From Shigella phage JK36: a DNA stretch of 64,000 bases. Shown here piece after piece: positions 1 through 10,247 of this stretch. The notes under the pieces were generated by a model. The model was not told the DNA's origin. It made no database searches and saw only the letters and a list, made by a program, of their open reading frames with translations. Where the stretch lies: sequence record MK962754.1; one strand, given 5' to 3'. Numbering within the stretch: the first letter of the stretch is position 1; each line of letters begins with the position of its first letter. A program made the position numbers and the translations under genes.

Positions 1-1125
<1,125 letters not shown>

Positions 1126-1126
<1 letters not shown>

Positions 1127-1365
1127 TGGACGATTTAATTCAAGCTATTAAATCAAACGACCTCGTTGCTACTCGAAAGTTTTTTGAAAGTGCAATGGCA
1201 GAAAAAACGGTTCGTTTGATTGAAGCACGCAAAGCAGAAATCGCTTCTCAATTTTTGATTGAAGGCGAAGAACCTGAAGAAGAAGAAAAGAAAGCTAAAG
1301 CTTCGGAAGACGACGCTGATGAAGGCGATGACGACGAAGACGAAGATGATGAGGACGATGAATAA
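1126..1365 (+). CDS. 67: prohead core protein gp67 (acidic Asp/Glu-rich C-terminus)
   Basis: 79 aa, near-identical to remembered T4 gp67; ATGA overlap with gene 20 stop. Confidence 0.9.
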
Positions 1366-1790
1366 TGTATCTTATCCCTGAATCTTATGAATTGGTACTC
1401 GAAAATGTCGAAGCACTTATTCCTGAAGCACAGGGCCGAATCGATGCATTGTCTTCTGCTCTCGATATTGACGATATAAATACTATTATCGAGAACATGC
1501 TTGAAACTGAAACGGATTTAGCTGTTGCAATGGCTTCCATTATTAATGAAGAACAGTTAAATGAGTTTATCGTTAAACATGTTTCTTCTCGTGGTGAAGT
1601 CACCCGCACTAAAGACCGTAAAACTCGTGAACGTAACGCGTTCCAAACCACTGGTCTTTCTAAAGCAAAACGTAGACAAATCGCTCGTAAGGTCGTTAAA
1701 GCTAAAAAAGCTAACCCTTCAGGCCAAGTTAAAGGCTTGCGTAAGCGTAAAAAGGCTCTTAAACGTCGTAAAGCATTAGGATTAAGCTAA
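1365..1790 (+). CDS. 68: prohead core protein gp68
   Basis: 141 aa, T4 gene order and size. Confidence 0.85.
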   Translation: MYLIPESYELVLENVEALIPEAQGRIDALSSALDIDDINTIIENMLETETDLAVAMASIINEEQLNEFIVKHVSSRGEVTRTKDRKTRERNAFQTTGLSKAKRRQIARKVVKAKKANPSGQVKGLRKRKKALKRRKALGLS

Positions 1791-2431
1791 TGAATAAACC
1801 CGAGTTACTTATTGAAACTTGGGGTCAACCCGGTGAGATTATTGATGGCGTTCCAATGTTGGAATCTCATGATGGAAAAGATTCTGGCTTAAAACCAGGG
1901 CTTTATATAGAAGGTATTTTTCTTCAGGCAGAGGTTGTTAACCGAAATAAACGTTTATATCCTAAACGCGTTTTGGAAAAAGCAGTAAGTGACTATATTA
2001 AAGAACAAGTCGCAACCAAACAAGCCCTTGGAGAATTAAACCATCCACCTCGTGCAAATGTTGACCCTATGCAAGCCGCTATCATTATCGAAGATATGTG
2101 GTGGAAAGGAAACGATGTATATGGACGTGCTAGAATTATTGAAGGCGACCATGGTCCCGGCGATAAATTAGCTGCTAATATACGAGCTGGTTGGATTCCA
2201 GGTGTTTCCTCTCGTGGTCTTGGTTCTTTAACCGACACCAATAAAGGGTACCGTATCGTGAACGAAGGATTTAAATTAACCGTCGGCGTAGATGCCGTAT
2301 GGGGACCTTCTGCTCCAGATGCTTGGGTTACTCCTAAACAAATATCAGAATCAGAAAATTCGGTGGAAATCACCAAAAACAGTGCTGACGAAGCATTTAA
2401 AGCTCTCGCAGAGAGTTTAAAAGCATTATAA
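1790..2431 (+). CDS. 21: prohead core scaffold protein / prohead protease gp21
   Basis: 213 aa (T4 212 aa), synteny. Confidence 0.9.
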   Translation: MNKPELLIETWGQPGEIIDGVPMLESHDGKDSGLKPGLYIEGIFLQAEVVNRNKRLYPKRVLEKAVSDYIKEQVATKQALGELNHPPRANVDPMQAAIIIEDMWWKGNDVYGRARIIEGDHGPGDKLAANIRAGWIPGVSSRGLGSLTDTNKGYRIVNEGFKLTVGVDAVWGPSAPDAWVTPKQISESENSVEITKNSADEAFKALAESLKAL

Positions 2432-2434
2432 ATA
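2427..2434 (+). promoter_or_regulatory. T4-type late promoter -10 element TATAAATA upstream of gene 22
   Basis: exact TATAAATA about 30 nt upstream of the gene 22 start. Confidence 0.55.
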
Positions 2435-2464
2435 ATAATGTAATCTAAACCACAGGACACTAAA

Positions 2465-3277
2465 ATGATCAAAGAACAACTTTTGAAAGAAGCTCAGAAC
2501 ATCGAGACTTCAGTTGCTCTTAATAGTGTTTTCGAATCAGTAGAACTGTCTCCGGACGTTAAAGCTAATTTCAGCACTGTATTCGAAGCCACCGTTAAGC
2601 AGGAAGCAGTCAAACTTGCTGAATCTCATATCAAAGCCATCGCCGAAAAGGCCGAAGAAGAAGTTGAAAAGGCTAAAGAAGATGCTGAAGAGAAAGCTGA
2701 TAAAAAATTGGCTGAACAAGCTTCTAAATTCCTAGACCATCTTGCAAAAGAATGGCTCGCAGAAAACCAAATCGCAGTTGATAAAGGCATTAAAGCTGAT
2801 TTGTTCGAATCCATGCTTGGTGGTCTGAAAGAACTGTTTGTTGAACATAACGTTGTTGTTCCAGAAGAATCTGTAGATGTTGTAGCAGAAATGGAAGAAG
2901 AGCTGGCCGAACATAAAGAAGAAACCGCTCGTTTGTTCGAAGAAGTTACCAAACGTGATGCATATATCAATTACGTTCAGCGTGAAACCGCTATTAATGA
3001 AAGCGTAAAAGACCTGACTGAATCTCAGAAAGAAAAAGTTATTGGCCTGGTTGAAGGTATGGATTATTCTGACGCATTTGGTACTAAGTTAACTGCTATT
3101 GTAGAAATGGTTAAAGGTTCTACTAAAGAAGAAGCCGCTATTACCGAAAGTATAAATACAGTTGACAATGACGCTGCCGGTCTTAATTTTGTTGCCGAAG
3201 CAGTTGACACTACCACAACTCAGGTAGAACAGAATTCTAATGTAAGTTTATATGCGAAAGTCGCATCTCGTTTCTAA
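2465..3277 (+). CDS. 22: prohead core scaffolding protein gp22
   Basis: 270 aa, acidic coiled-coil-like, synteny. Confidence 0.9.
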   Translation: MIKEQLLKEAQNIETSVALNSVFESVELSPDVKANFSTVFEATVKQEAVKLAESHIKAIAEKAEEEVEKAKEDAEEKADKKLAEQASKFLDHLAKEWLAENQIAVDKGIKADLFESMLGGLKELFVEHNVVVPEESVDVVAEMEEELAEHKEETARLFEEVTKRDAYINYVQRETAINESVKDLTESQKEKVIGLVEGMDYSDAFGTKLTAIVEMVKGSTKEEAAITESINTVDNDAAGLNFVAEAVDTTTTQVEQNSNVSLYAKVASRF

Positions 3278-3294
3278 TTTAAAGGTTAACACAA

Positions 3295-4665
3295 ATGACT
3301 ACTATCAAAACTAAAGCTCAGCTCGTAGACAAATGGAAAGAACTGCTGGAAGGTGAAGGCCTGCCGGAAATCGCTAATAGCAAGCAGGCTATTATCGCTA
3401 AAATCTTCGAAAACCAGGAAAAAGATTTCGAAGTATCCCCTGAATATAAAGACGAGAAAATCGCTCAGGCATTTGGTTCTTTCTTGACCGAAGCTGAAAT
3501 TGGTGGTGACCATGGTTATAATGCTCAGAACATCGCAGCGGGTCAAACCTCTGGTGCAGTAACCCAAATTGGGCCGGCAGTTATGGGTATGGTTCGTCGT
3601 GCTATTCCTAATCTGATCGCTTTTGATATTTGTGGTGTTCAGCCTATGAACAGCCCGACCGGTCAGGTATTTGCTCTCCGTGCAGTATATGGTAAAGACC
3701 CTATCGCTGCTGGCGCTAAAGAAGCTTTCCATCCGATGTATGCTCCAGATGCGATGTTCTCTGGTCAGGGTGCTGCTAAGAAATTCCCAGCTCTGGCTGC
3801 TGACACTACTACTGTTGTAGGTGATATCTATACTCACTTCTTCCAAGAAACTGGTACTGTATATCTGCAAGCTTCTGCTGTCGTAACACTTGATTCTGGT
3901 GCAACTGATGCAGCTAAATTAGATGCAGAAGTTAAGAAACAAATGGAAGCTGGTGCACTGGTAGAAATCGCTGAAGGTATGGCTACTTCTATCGCTGAAC
4001 TCCAGGAAGGTTTCAACGGTTCTACCGATAACCCATGGAATGAAATGGGCTTCCGTATCGATAAACAAGTTATCGAAGCTAAATCTCGCCAGCTGAAAGC
4101 TGCTTACTCTATCGAATTAGCACAAGACCTCCGTGCAGTACACGGTATGGATGCTGATGCTGAATTGAGCGGTATTCTGGCTACAGAAATTATGCTAGAA
4201 ATCAACCGTGAAGTTGTTGATTGGATTAACTACTCTGCACAGGTTGGTAAATCTGGTATGACCCTGACTCCGGGTTCTAAAGCTGGTGTATTTGACTTCC
4301 AGGACCCGATTGATATCCGTGGTGCTCGTTGGGCCGGTGAAAGCTTTAAATCTCTGTTGTTCCAGATTCATAAAGAAGCAGTTGAAATTGCTCGTCAAAC
4401 CGGTCGCGGTGAAGGTAACTTCATTATCGCTTCCCGTAACGTAGTTAACGTACTGGCTTCAGTTGATACTGGTATTTCTTACGCTGCACAGGGTCTGGCT
4501 TCTGGTTTTAATACCGACACTACTAAGTCGTATATGGTAAAGACCCTATCGCTGCTGGCGCTAAAGAAGCTTTCCATCCGATGTATGCTCCAGATGCGAT
4601 GTTCTCTGGTCAGGGTGCTGCTAAGAAATTCCCAGCTCTGGCTGCTGACACTACTACTGTTGTAG
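3295..4665 (+). CDS. 23: gp23 N-terminal fragment (about 411 native codons then 44 out-of-frame codons)
   Basis: ORF track; C-terminal tail YMVKTLSLLALKK... is the duplicated segment read in a shifted frame. Confidence 0.8.
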   Translation: MTTIKTKAQLVDKWKELLEGEGLPEIANSKQAIIAKIFENQEKDFEVSPEYKDEKIAQAFGSFLTEAEIGGDHGYNAQNIAAGQTSGAVTQIGPAVMGMVRRAIPNLIAFDICGVQPMNSPTGQVFALRAVYGKDPIAAGAKEAFHPMYAPDAMFSGQGAAKKFPALAADTTTVVGDIYTHFFQETGTVYLQASAVVTLDSGATDAAKLDAEVKKQMEAGALVEIAEGMATSIAELQEGFNGSTDNPWNEMGFRIDKQVIEAKSRQLKAAYSIELAQDLRAVHGMDADAELSGILATEIMLEINREVVDWINYSAQVGKSGMTLTPGSKAGVFDFQDPIDIRGARWAGESFKSLLFQIHKEAVEIARQTGRGEGNFIIASRNVVNVLASVDTGISYAAQGLASGFNTDTTKSYMVKTLSLLALKKLSIRCMLQMRCSLVRVLLRNSQLWLLTLLLL

Positions 4666-5374
4666 GTGATATCTATACTCACTTCTTCCAAGAAACTGGT
4701 ACTGTATATCTGCAAGCTTCTGCTGTCGTAACACTTGATTCTGGTGCAACTGATGCAGCTAAATTAGATGCAGAAGTTAAGAAACAAATGGAAGCTGGTG
4801 CACTGGTAGAAATCGCTGAAGGTATGGCTACTTCTATCGCTGAACTCCAGGAAGGTTTCAACGGTTCTACCGATAACCCATGGAATGAAATGGGCTTCCG
4901 TATCGATAAACAAGTTATCGAAGCTAAATCTCGCCAGCTGAAAGCTGCTTACTCTATCGAATTAGCACAAGACCTCCGTGCAGTACACGGTATGGATGCT
5001 GATGCTGAATTGAGCGGTATTCTGGCTACAGAAATTATGCTAGAAATCAACCGTGAAGTTGTTGATTGGATTAACTACTCTGCACAGGTTGGTAAATCTG
5101 GTATGACCCTGACTCCGGGTTCTAAAGCTGGTGTATTTGACTTCCAGGACCCGATTGATATCCGTGGTGCTCGTTGGGCCGGTGAAAGCTTTAAATCTCT
5201 GTTGTTCCAGATTGATAAAGAAGCAGTTGAAATTGCTCGTCAAACCGGTCGCGGTGAAGGTAACTTCATTATCGCTTCCCGTAACGTAGTTAACGTACTG
5301 GCTTCAGTTGATACTGGTATTTCTTACGCTGCACAGGGTCTGGCTTCTGGTTTTAATACCGACACTACTAAGTC
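3685..5374. repeat. direct tandem duplication, 2 x 845 bp (3685-4529 and 4530-5374), 844/845 identical
   Basis: hand alignment at offset 845; single mismatch C4369 vs G5214; duplicated antisense ORFs also appear in the ORF track. Confidence 0.9.
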
Positions 5375-5708
5375 TGTATTTGCCGGTGTACTTGGTGGTA
5401 AATACCGCGTATACATCGACCAGTATGCTAAACAGGATTACTTCACCGTTGGTTACAAAGGCGCTAACGAAATGGATGCAGGTATTTACTATGCTCCTTA
5501 CGTTGCACTTACCCCGCTGCGTGGTTCCGATCCTAAGAACTTCCAGCCGGTAATGGGCTTTAAAACTCGTTACGGTATCGGTGTTAACCCGTTTGCTGAA
5601 AGTTCCCTGCAGGCTCCAGGTGCTCGCATCCAGTCCGGTATGCCATCTATCCTGAACAGCCTTGGTAAGAACGCTTACTTCCGCCGTGTATATGTAAAAG
5701 GCATCTAA
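4581..5708 (+). CDS. 23: gp23 C-terminal fragment starting at an internal Met (native frame of second copy plus true 3' end)
   Basis: 375 aa identical to the corresponding part of the upstream ORF except one residue (D vs H), then the native C-terminus ...RRVYVKGI. Confidence 0.8.
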   Translation: MYAPDAMFSGQGAAKKFPALAADTTTVVGDIYTHFFQETGTVYLQASAVVTLDSGATDAAKLDAEVKKQMEAGALVEIAEGMATSIAELQEGFNGSTDNPWNEMGFRIDKQVIEAKSRQLKAAYSIELAQDLRAVHGMDADAELSGILATEIMLEINREVVDWINYSAQVGKSGMTLTPGSKAGVFDFQDPIDIRGARWAGESFKSLLFQIDKEAVEIARQTGRGEGNFIIASRNVVNVLASVDTGISYAAQGLASGFNTDTTKSVFAGVLGGKYRVYIDQYAKQDYFTVGYKGANEMDAGIYYAPYVALTPLRGSDPKNFQPVMGFKTRYGIGVNPFAESSLQAPGARIQSGMPSILNSLGKNAYFRRVYVKGI

Positions 5709-5732
5709 TCTTAATTGATTAAATCTTATTTT

Positions 5733-5762
5733 GGGAGACTTCGGTCTCCCATTTTTGGTTTT
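5733..5762 (+). terminator. rho-independent terminator after gene 23 (GGGAGACUUCGGUCUCCC hairpin + U-tract)
   Basis: perfect 7-bp GC stem with CUUCGG-type loop followed by ATTTTTGGTTTT. Confidence 0.8.
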
Positions 5763-6030
5763 ATTTCTGTGCAATTTCGATGTAAGTTTTCAAAATATTT
5801 TGCCAATTAGGCATACCTTCTTGGACATATGCCGGAGAACCGTCTTTGTTTTTGAATGATGCAAGTTTATCAGTGGCCCAATAACCTTTAGCTCGAGCTT
5901 CAGAATCAACTTTCATCCATACTTTGTTGAAGGCATTACCATTAACTTTTGCACCATATTTTTCTACTAACTTAACTGCTTCAGCTTCCAGAACTTTTAA
6001 AGTATCTCGTAAGAAACGTGCTTTAGTCAT
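5761..6030 (-). CDS. hypothetical early protein (89 aa)
   Basis: ORF with AGGAG-type RBS and an upstream early-type promoter; sits between 23 and 24 where T4 has segD; no family recognised. Confidence 0.55.
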   Translation of the reverse strand: MTKARFLRDTLKVLEAEAVKLVEKYGAKVNGNAFNKVWMKVDSEARAKGYWATDKLASFKNKDGSPAYVQEGMPNWQNILKTYIEIAQK

Positions 6031-6060
6031 TTTGTTTACTCCTCTGTAGTTGATAAGTCT

Positions 6061-6090
6061 ATAGTATCACATACCAAATACGTTGTAAAC
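6061..6090 (-). promoter_or_regulatory. T4 early-type promoter (GTTTAC -35, 17-18 nt spacer, TACTAT -10) for the 89-aa ORF
   Basis: read on the minus strand: GTTTAC...TACTAT. Confidence 0.5.
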
Positions 6091-6096
6091 AATCTT

Positions 6097-6104
6097 TATA
6101 AATA
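6097..6104 (+). promoter_or_regulatory. late promoter TATAAATA upstream of gene 24
   Basis: exact TATAAATA about 28 nt upstream of the gene 24 start. Confidence 0.55.
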
Positions 6105-6131
6105 ATCTATATCACATAAGGAAAAAATGCA

Positions 6132-7415
6132 ATGAGTAAAATCCAAAAATTATTGCGTGAATCTACAACGTCTACTAGCAACTCAATTGGTCGCCCAAAT
6201 CTCGTTGCTTTGACTCGCGCTACGACTAAATTAATATATTCTGACATTGTAGCAACACAAAGAACTAATCAACCTGTTGCTGCTTTTTATGGTATCAAAT
6301 ATCTTAACCCAGATAACGAATTCACATTTAAAACCGGTGCTACTTATGCTGGCGAAGTTGGATATGTAGACCGAGAAAAAATTACTGAGCTCACAGAAGA
6401 ATCAAAAGTCACACTAAATAAAGGTGATTTTTTCAAATATAATAATATCGTCTATAAAGTGTTAGAAGATACACCATTTGCAGATATTCAAGAAAGTGAT
6501 CTAGAATTAGCTCTTCAGATTGCAGTCGTTCATTTAAAGGTACGGTTATTTTCAGATGCAGCGGTAACAAGCAAATTTGAAAGCTCTGGTAGCGAAATTT
6601 CTGATGCAAGATTCCAGATTAATAAATGGCAAACTTCAGTCAAATCTCGTAAACTTAAAACTGGCCTCACGGTTGAATTAGCGCAAGATTTGGAAGCGAA
6701 TGGATTTGATGCCCCTAACTTCTTAGAAGATTTGCTTGCTACTGAAATGGCTGATGAAATTAATAAAGATATTCTTCAGTCTTTAATTACTGTATCGAAA
6801 CGTTATAAAGTTACTGGAATTACTGACACCGGATTTATTGACTTGAGCTATGCATCCGCTCCAGAAGCAGGTCGTTCATTATATCGAATGGTGTGTGAAA
6901 TGGTATCACACATTCAAAAAGAGACAACTTATACTGCAACGTTTTGTGTAGCCTCAGCTCGTGCAGCTGCTATTCTTGCTGCTTCTGGTTGGTTAAAACA
7001 TAAGCCAGAAGATGACAAGTATCTTTCACAAAATGCTTATGGATTCTTGGCAAATGGATTACCTCTTTACTGCGATACCAACAGTCCGTTAGATTATGTT
7101 ATTGTGGGTGTTGTAGAAAATATCGGCGAAAAAGAAATTGTAGGGTCCATCTTTTATGCTCCATACACTGAAGGAGTAGATTTAGATGACCCGGAACATG
7201 TCGGTGCATTTAAAGTTGTAGTTGATCCGGAAAGTTTGCAACCGTCTATCGGATTATTGGTTAGATATGCTTTATCAGCAAATCCTTACACAGTAGCAAA
7301 AGACGAAAAAGAAGCGAGAATAATTGATGGCGGGGACATGGATAAAATGGCAGGACGTTCAGACTTGTCTGTTTTATTAGGTGTTAAGCTACCAAAAATT
7401 ATCATTGATGAATAA
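6132..7415 (+). CDS. 24: capsid vertex protein gp24
   Basis: 427 aa (same as T4 gp24); shares the gp23-like ELAQDL motif. Confidence 0.92.
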   Translation: MSKIQKLLRESTTSTSNSIGRPNLVALTRATTKLIYSDIVATQRTNQPVAAFYGIKYLNPDNEFTFKTGATYAGEVGYVDREKITELTEESKVTLNKGDFFKYNNIVYKVLEDTPFADIQESDLELALQIAVVHLKVRLFSDAAVTSKFESSGSEISDARFQINKWQTSVKSRKLKTGLTVELAQDLEANGFDAPNFLEDLLATEMADEINKDILQSLITVSKRYKVTGITDTGFIDLSYASAPEAGRSLYRMVCEMVSHIQKETTYTATFCVASARAAAILAASGWLKHKPEDDKYLSQNAYGFLANGLPLYCDTNSPLDYVIVGVVENIGEKEIVGSIFYAPYTEGVDLDDPEHVGAFKVVVDPESLQPSIGLLVRYALSANPYTVAKDEKEARIIDGGDMDKMAGRSDLSVLLGVKLPKIIIDE

Positions 7416-7420
7416 AACAA

Positions 7421-7446
7421 AGGGACCTTACGGTCCCTTTTTTCGT
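7421..7446. terminator. hairpin AGGGACCUUACGGUCCCU + U-tract; terminator between convergent genes 24 and rnlB
   Basis: GC stem followed by T-run on plus strand; also lies immediately 3' of rnlB on the minus strand. Confidence 0.7.
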
Positions 7447-8444
7447 TATGATACTAATTCAATCCATGCAGGACGCAGAACATCTTGCACCATTCGGACT
7501 AATTCTTTCTTAACAAGATTCGGATTATCAGATGATGTTAATACAATACCTTCGCGAGAAGTTTCTTCCAGAATATCTTGAACAGTCAATCCCATCACTT
7601 TGCCAAAATCTTTTGGCGTTACAGCACCAATCTTAGAAATCACATTATTAATACGATTTAATGTAACATAACAAGCTAGAACATCAAGCAAGTTTTTGTC
7701 AGTTTCGGTTAATGGAACCTGAGTTTTAATAGGCTTATCAGACTTTTTCTTTTCACTGAATTTAGAGTTCTTGCACTTAATAGCTACACGAGTACCGTTT
7801 GGCAGCCATTTAGGGAAACAAGGCTTCAGAACATAACCTTCTGCCGTATTATCGCCAATAACATTAGCATCAAATACGCAATTATTTGCTTCGACAAGGT
7901 CTTCCGATGCCGTGGCGTTATAAGCGGCTAAGACAGAATCAAGATCGTTTGGAATCATGATAAGAGCATCAAATGTGCCACGTCCAAGCATTGGTGCCAT
8001 TTTAAAACCGAATTCATTACAGAAATCTTGCATTTCGTAATCGGTCAAATACGTATTATCACCACTTTCTGTATTGATAAGGATATCGAACACATAAAAA
8101 TCTTTTTCACCGTAGTCAACACCTTTCTGGATTCCACCACCAGCGAATTCACCGAATACTTGATATGATACGGCTCGAGAACTACCCATTACTTCTTGAA
8201 CGTTTTTAATAGCCTTATCATACTTCTTGAGTACGATTTCATAACCATAAAAATCTTCTGCCGGAAGAATAGGGCCTGTGCGCTTGGCGCATGTGACGTT
8301 GTCACGTTCAATTATTAACGAGAAGTTAGTCCCATGGATTTTCTCACGTGCTACCCAAACACCAGTAGTCAAACCATTAGTGTAGAGTTTTTCAATAAAC
8401 TTAGAGTTGTAGTGGTTTTCAAGACTGCTGTATTTCTTAAACAT
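7446..8444 (-). CDS. rnlB: RNA ligase 2
   Basis: 332 aa; N-terminus [21 protein letters not shown] and KIHGTNF ligase motif I match remembered T4 Rnl2. Confidence 0.9.
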   Translation of the reverse strand: MFKKYSSLENHYNSKFIEKLYTNGLTTGVWVAREKIHGTNFSLIIERDNVTCAKRTGPILPAEDFYGYEIVLKKYDKAIKNVQEVMGSSRAVSYQVFGEFAGGGIQKGVDYGEKDFYVFDILINTESGDNTYLTDYEMQDFCNEFGFKMAPMLGRGTFDALIMIPNDLDSVLAAYNATASEDLVEANNCVFDANVIGDNTAEGYVLKPCFPKWLPNGTRVAIKCKNSKFSEKKKSDKPIKTQVPLTETDKNLLDVLACYVTLNRINNVISKIGAVTPKDFGKVMGLTVQDILEETSREGIVLTSSDNPNLVKKELVRMVQDVLRPAWIELVS

Positions 8445-8563
8445 AAATCACCATTATAAATAATAATATCAAAATAATTAGCAGAGACTCTATCTCTGAC
8501 CGGATGTTTAATTTGAATGGATAGAACCTAGATTCATTATACCATCAAAAATTGTAAAGCATA

Positions 8564-8815
8564 TTAGAACTTGATTTCTATCCAATGACCATCACGCTGG
8601 TCGTGATTAATTTTGTACTGAAAGCCGTTATCACGAAGCCATTGACCGACTTGTTCAGTTATAGTTAAATCGTTCTTTGACGGGTAGTACGTGAATTGTG
8701 TCTGGCCTTTATCAGCGGCTTTCTCTGCCATCACAGAGAAGTTAGTAATAAAATCACTCAACAAATTAGCTTTAGTGGCCAGCGCCCTTTCTCTTAATTC
8801 CTGTGCAAAACTCAT
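8564..8815 (-). CDS. hypothetical protein (83 aa)
   Basis: ORF in T4 24.2/24.3 position. Confidence 0.5.
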   Translation of the reverse strand: MSFAQELRERALATKANLLSDFITNFSVMAEKAADKGQTQFTYYPSKNDLTITEQVGQWLRDNGFQYKINHDQRDGHWIEIKF

Positions 8816-9012
8816 TTCTTCACCTTTTTGTTAATCAAACGTTTACGGTATACAACTTTTTCTTTTGCTTTAAACTTTGACCGAGCTATCTCGGCTTTAG
8901 TCCATAGTAATCCAACTTCTTTAGGTTGTAAACCAATTTTTTGAGCAATTTCTACGAATGAAAATCCCGCCTCATGTAATGTATAAACTTCAACTTCAGC
9001 TCTCATAATCAA
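8812..9012 (-). CDS. hypothetical protein (66 aa), basic C-terminus, possible HTH
   Basis: ORF; ATGA-type overlap with downstream gene. Confidence 0.5.
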   Translation of the reverse strand: MIMRAEVEVYTLHEAGFSFVEIAQKIGLQPKEVGLLWTKAEIARSKFKAKEKVVYRKRLINKKVKK

Positions 9013-9074
9013 TCCCGTACTATTTGGTTTGTGCCATTATATACATAAATCTCAAGTTGTGTTTTGTATGCTTT

Positions 9075-9101
9075 AAAAACGAAGAAAGGGGCCGAAGCCC
9101 C
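9075..9101 (-). terminator. terminator hairpin GGGGCUUCGGCCCC + U-tract downstream of hoc
   Basis: GC stem-loop followed by T-rich tract on the minus strand. Confidence 0.65.
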
Positions 9102-9107
9102 TTACGA

Positions 9108-10238
9108 TTATGGATATGTATAGATGATACCAGTTTCCAAAGCAGTTTTATGGATGATGTATCCATTACGTGATTCTTGAACATCAACTTCCGGATAGTC
9201 TTTCATCATCTTCTGAAGAGTGTAACGATGCAGGTAGTATTTACTATCTGGATCTTCAGTTTTCCAATCTTTACCTTCTTCAGTCATTTTTTGGATTTCA
9301 TCCATAACCCACCATCCGCACCAGATGTAAGCTGAAGTACGATGTGGAAGAGGATGAACATAAGGTAATTCACCTTCTGGTTCTGGAGCAACTTTATCGG
9401 TTACTTGAACTTGACCTTCTGCTGTAATAGTTTTGCTATCATAATCAGTAGCAGTAACAGTTGCAGTAACTTCAATAGTTTGACTTCCAATAGATGAGGT
9501 ATCAACGGTATATACATTAGTTGACCCTTCTACAGGAGAAGAATCTTTCTTCCATGAATACTCAATTTGCGCTTCTTCTGGAGCATCAGTGACATTAACG
9601 GTAAATGTAGCCGAAGCATCTTGCTGAACGTTAATAGAAGGAGGAGTCAATGTAACCTGTGGATTCATTGTCTTCTTATTAACCGTTAATGATACTTCAT
9701 TCGAAGTAACTTCCTTTGCATCATAATCTGTCGCGGTTACTTGGGCTACACATTTAATTCTTTTTACTCCACTTGCAGTTGGAGTATAGCTAAATGTAGA
9801 GTTAGTTTCTCCACCAACCTGTGAATCATCTACATACCACTGATACGTAGCAGATGCGCCTGATGGCTGCGAAGCCAAAGCAGCGGTAAATTCAACAGCT
9901 GTTCCAATCACTCCAGCCGCAGGACTAGCAGGAGTTACGGCTAAGGTAGTCGTCTGTGTCTTATTTTGAACTGTGATAGTTGTAGTAGCTTCTGCTGTTT
10001 CAGCGTCAGTATCAGGAATAGTATTTGTTGCAACAACTTTAATTGTTTTTGTTCCGGCAGGTCCTTTTAACACATAATCAAAAGTTTCTGCTGATCCTTC
10101 TTGGGGAGCATCGTCTACACTCCATGCATAGGTAATAGTTCCACCTTCAGTTTGACCACTGGGTGCAGCAGTAAACTGCTTAGTCTCATCTATAACTCCA
10201 GTAGGTGTTTTAGGAGTTATATCAACTGTAAAAGCCAT
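9108..10238 (-). CDS. hoc: highly immunogenic outer capsid protein Hoc (Ig-like domain repeats)
   Basis: 376 aa, same as T4 Hoc; conserved C-terminal capsid-binding region. Confidence 0.9.
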   Translation of the reverse strand: MAFTVDITPKTPTGVIDETKQFTAAPSGQTEGGTITYAWSVDDAPQEGSAETFDYVLKGPAGTKTIKVVATNTIPDTDAETAEATTTITVQNKTQTTTLAVTPASPAAGVIGTAVEFTAALASQPSGASATYQWYVDDSQVGGETNSTFSYTPTASGVKRIKCVAQVTATDYDAKEVTSNEVSLTVNKKTMNPQVTLTPPSINVQQDASATFTVNVTDAPEEAQIEYSWKKDSSPVEGSTNVYTVDTSSIGSQTIEVTATVTATDYDSKTITAEGQVQVTDKVAPEPEGELPYVHPLPHRTSAYIWCGWWVMDEIQKMTEEGKDWKTEDPDSKYYLHRYTLQKMMKDYPEVDVQESRNGYIIHKTALETGIIYTYP

Positions 10239-10247
10239 AAGTTATCC

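Larger units (their letters stand above)
3295..5708 (+). pseudogene. 23: major capsid protein gene 23, interrupted by an internal 845-bp tandem duplication (frameshift)
   Basis: locus length 2414 nt = about 1569 nt expected gene + 845 nt insert; two ORFs each carrying the same gp23 segment. Confidence 0.85.

Noticed and set aside
3286-5774. Minus-strand ORFs antisense to gene 23 (3286..3870, 3834..4016, 4195..4398, 4479..4715, 4679..4861, 5040..5243, 5304..5774)
   Set aside because: They lie antisense inside a highly expressed late structural gene, have no RBS or promoter, and several are exact duplicates of each other because of the 845-bp duplication. They are frame artefacts and serve only as extra evidence for the duplication.
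8455-8462. Plus-strand TATAAATA in the rnlB upstream region
   Set aside because: It matches the late promoter box but the nearest plus-strand gene is 2.5 kb away, so it is probably a chance match in AT-rich sequence. The minus strand here has a more plausible MotA-box middle promoter for rnlB.
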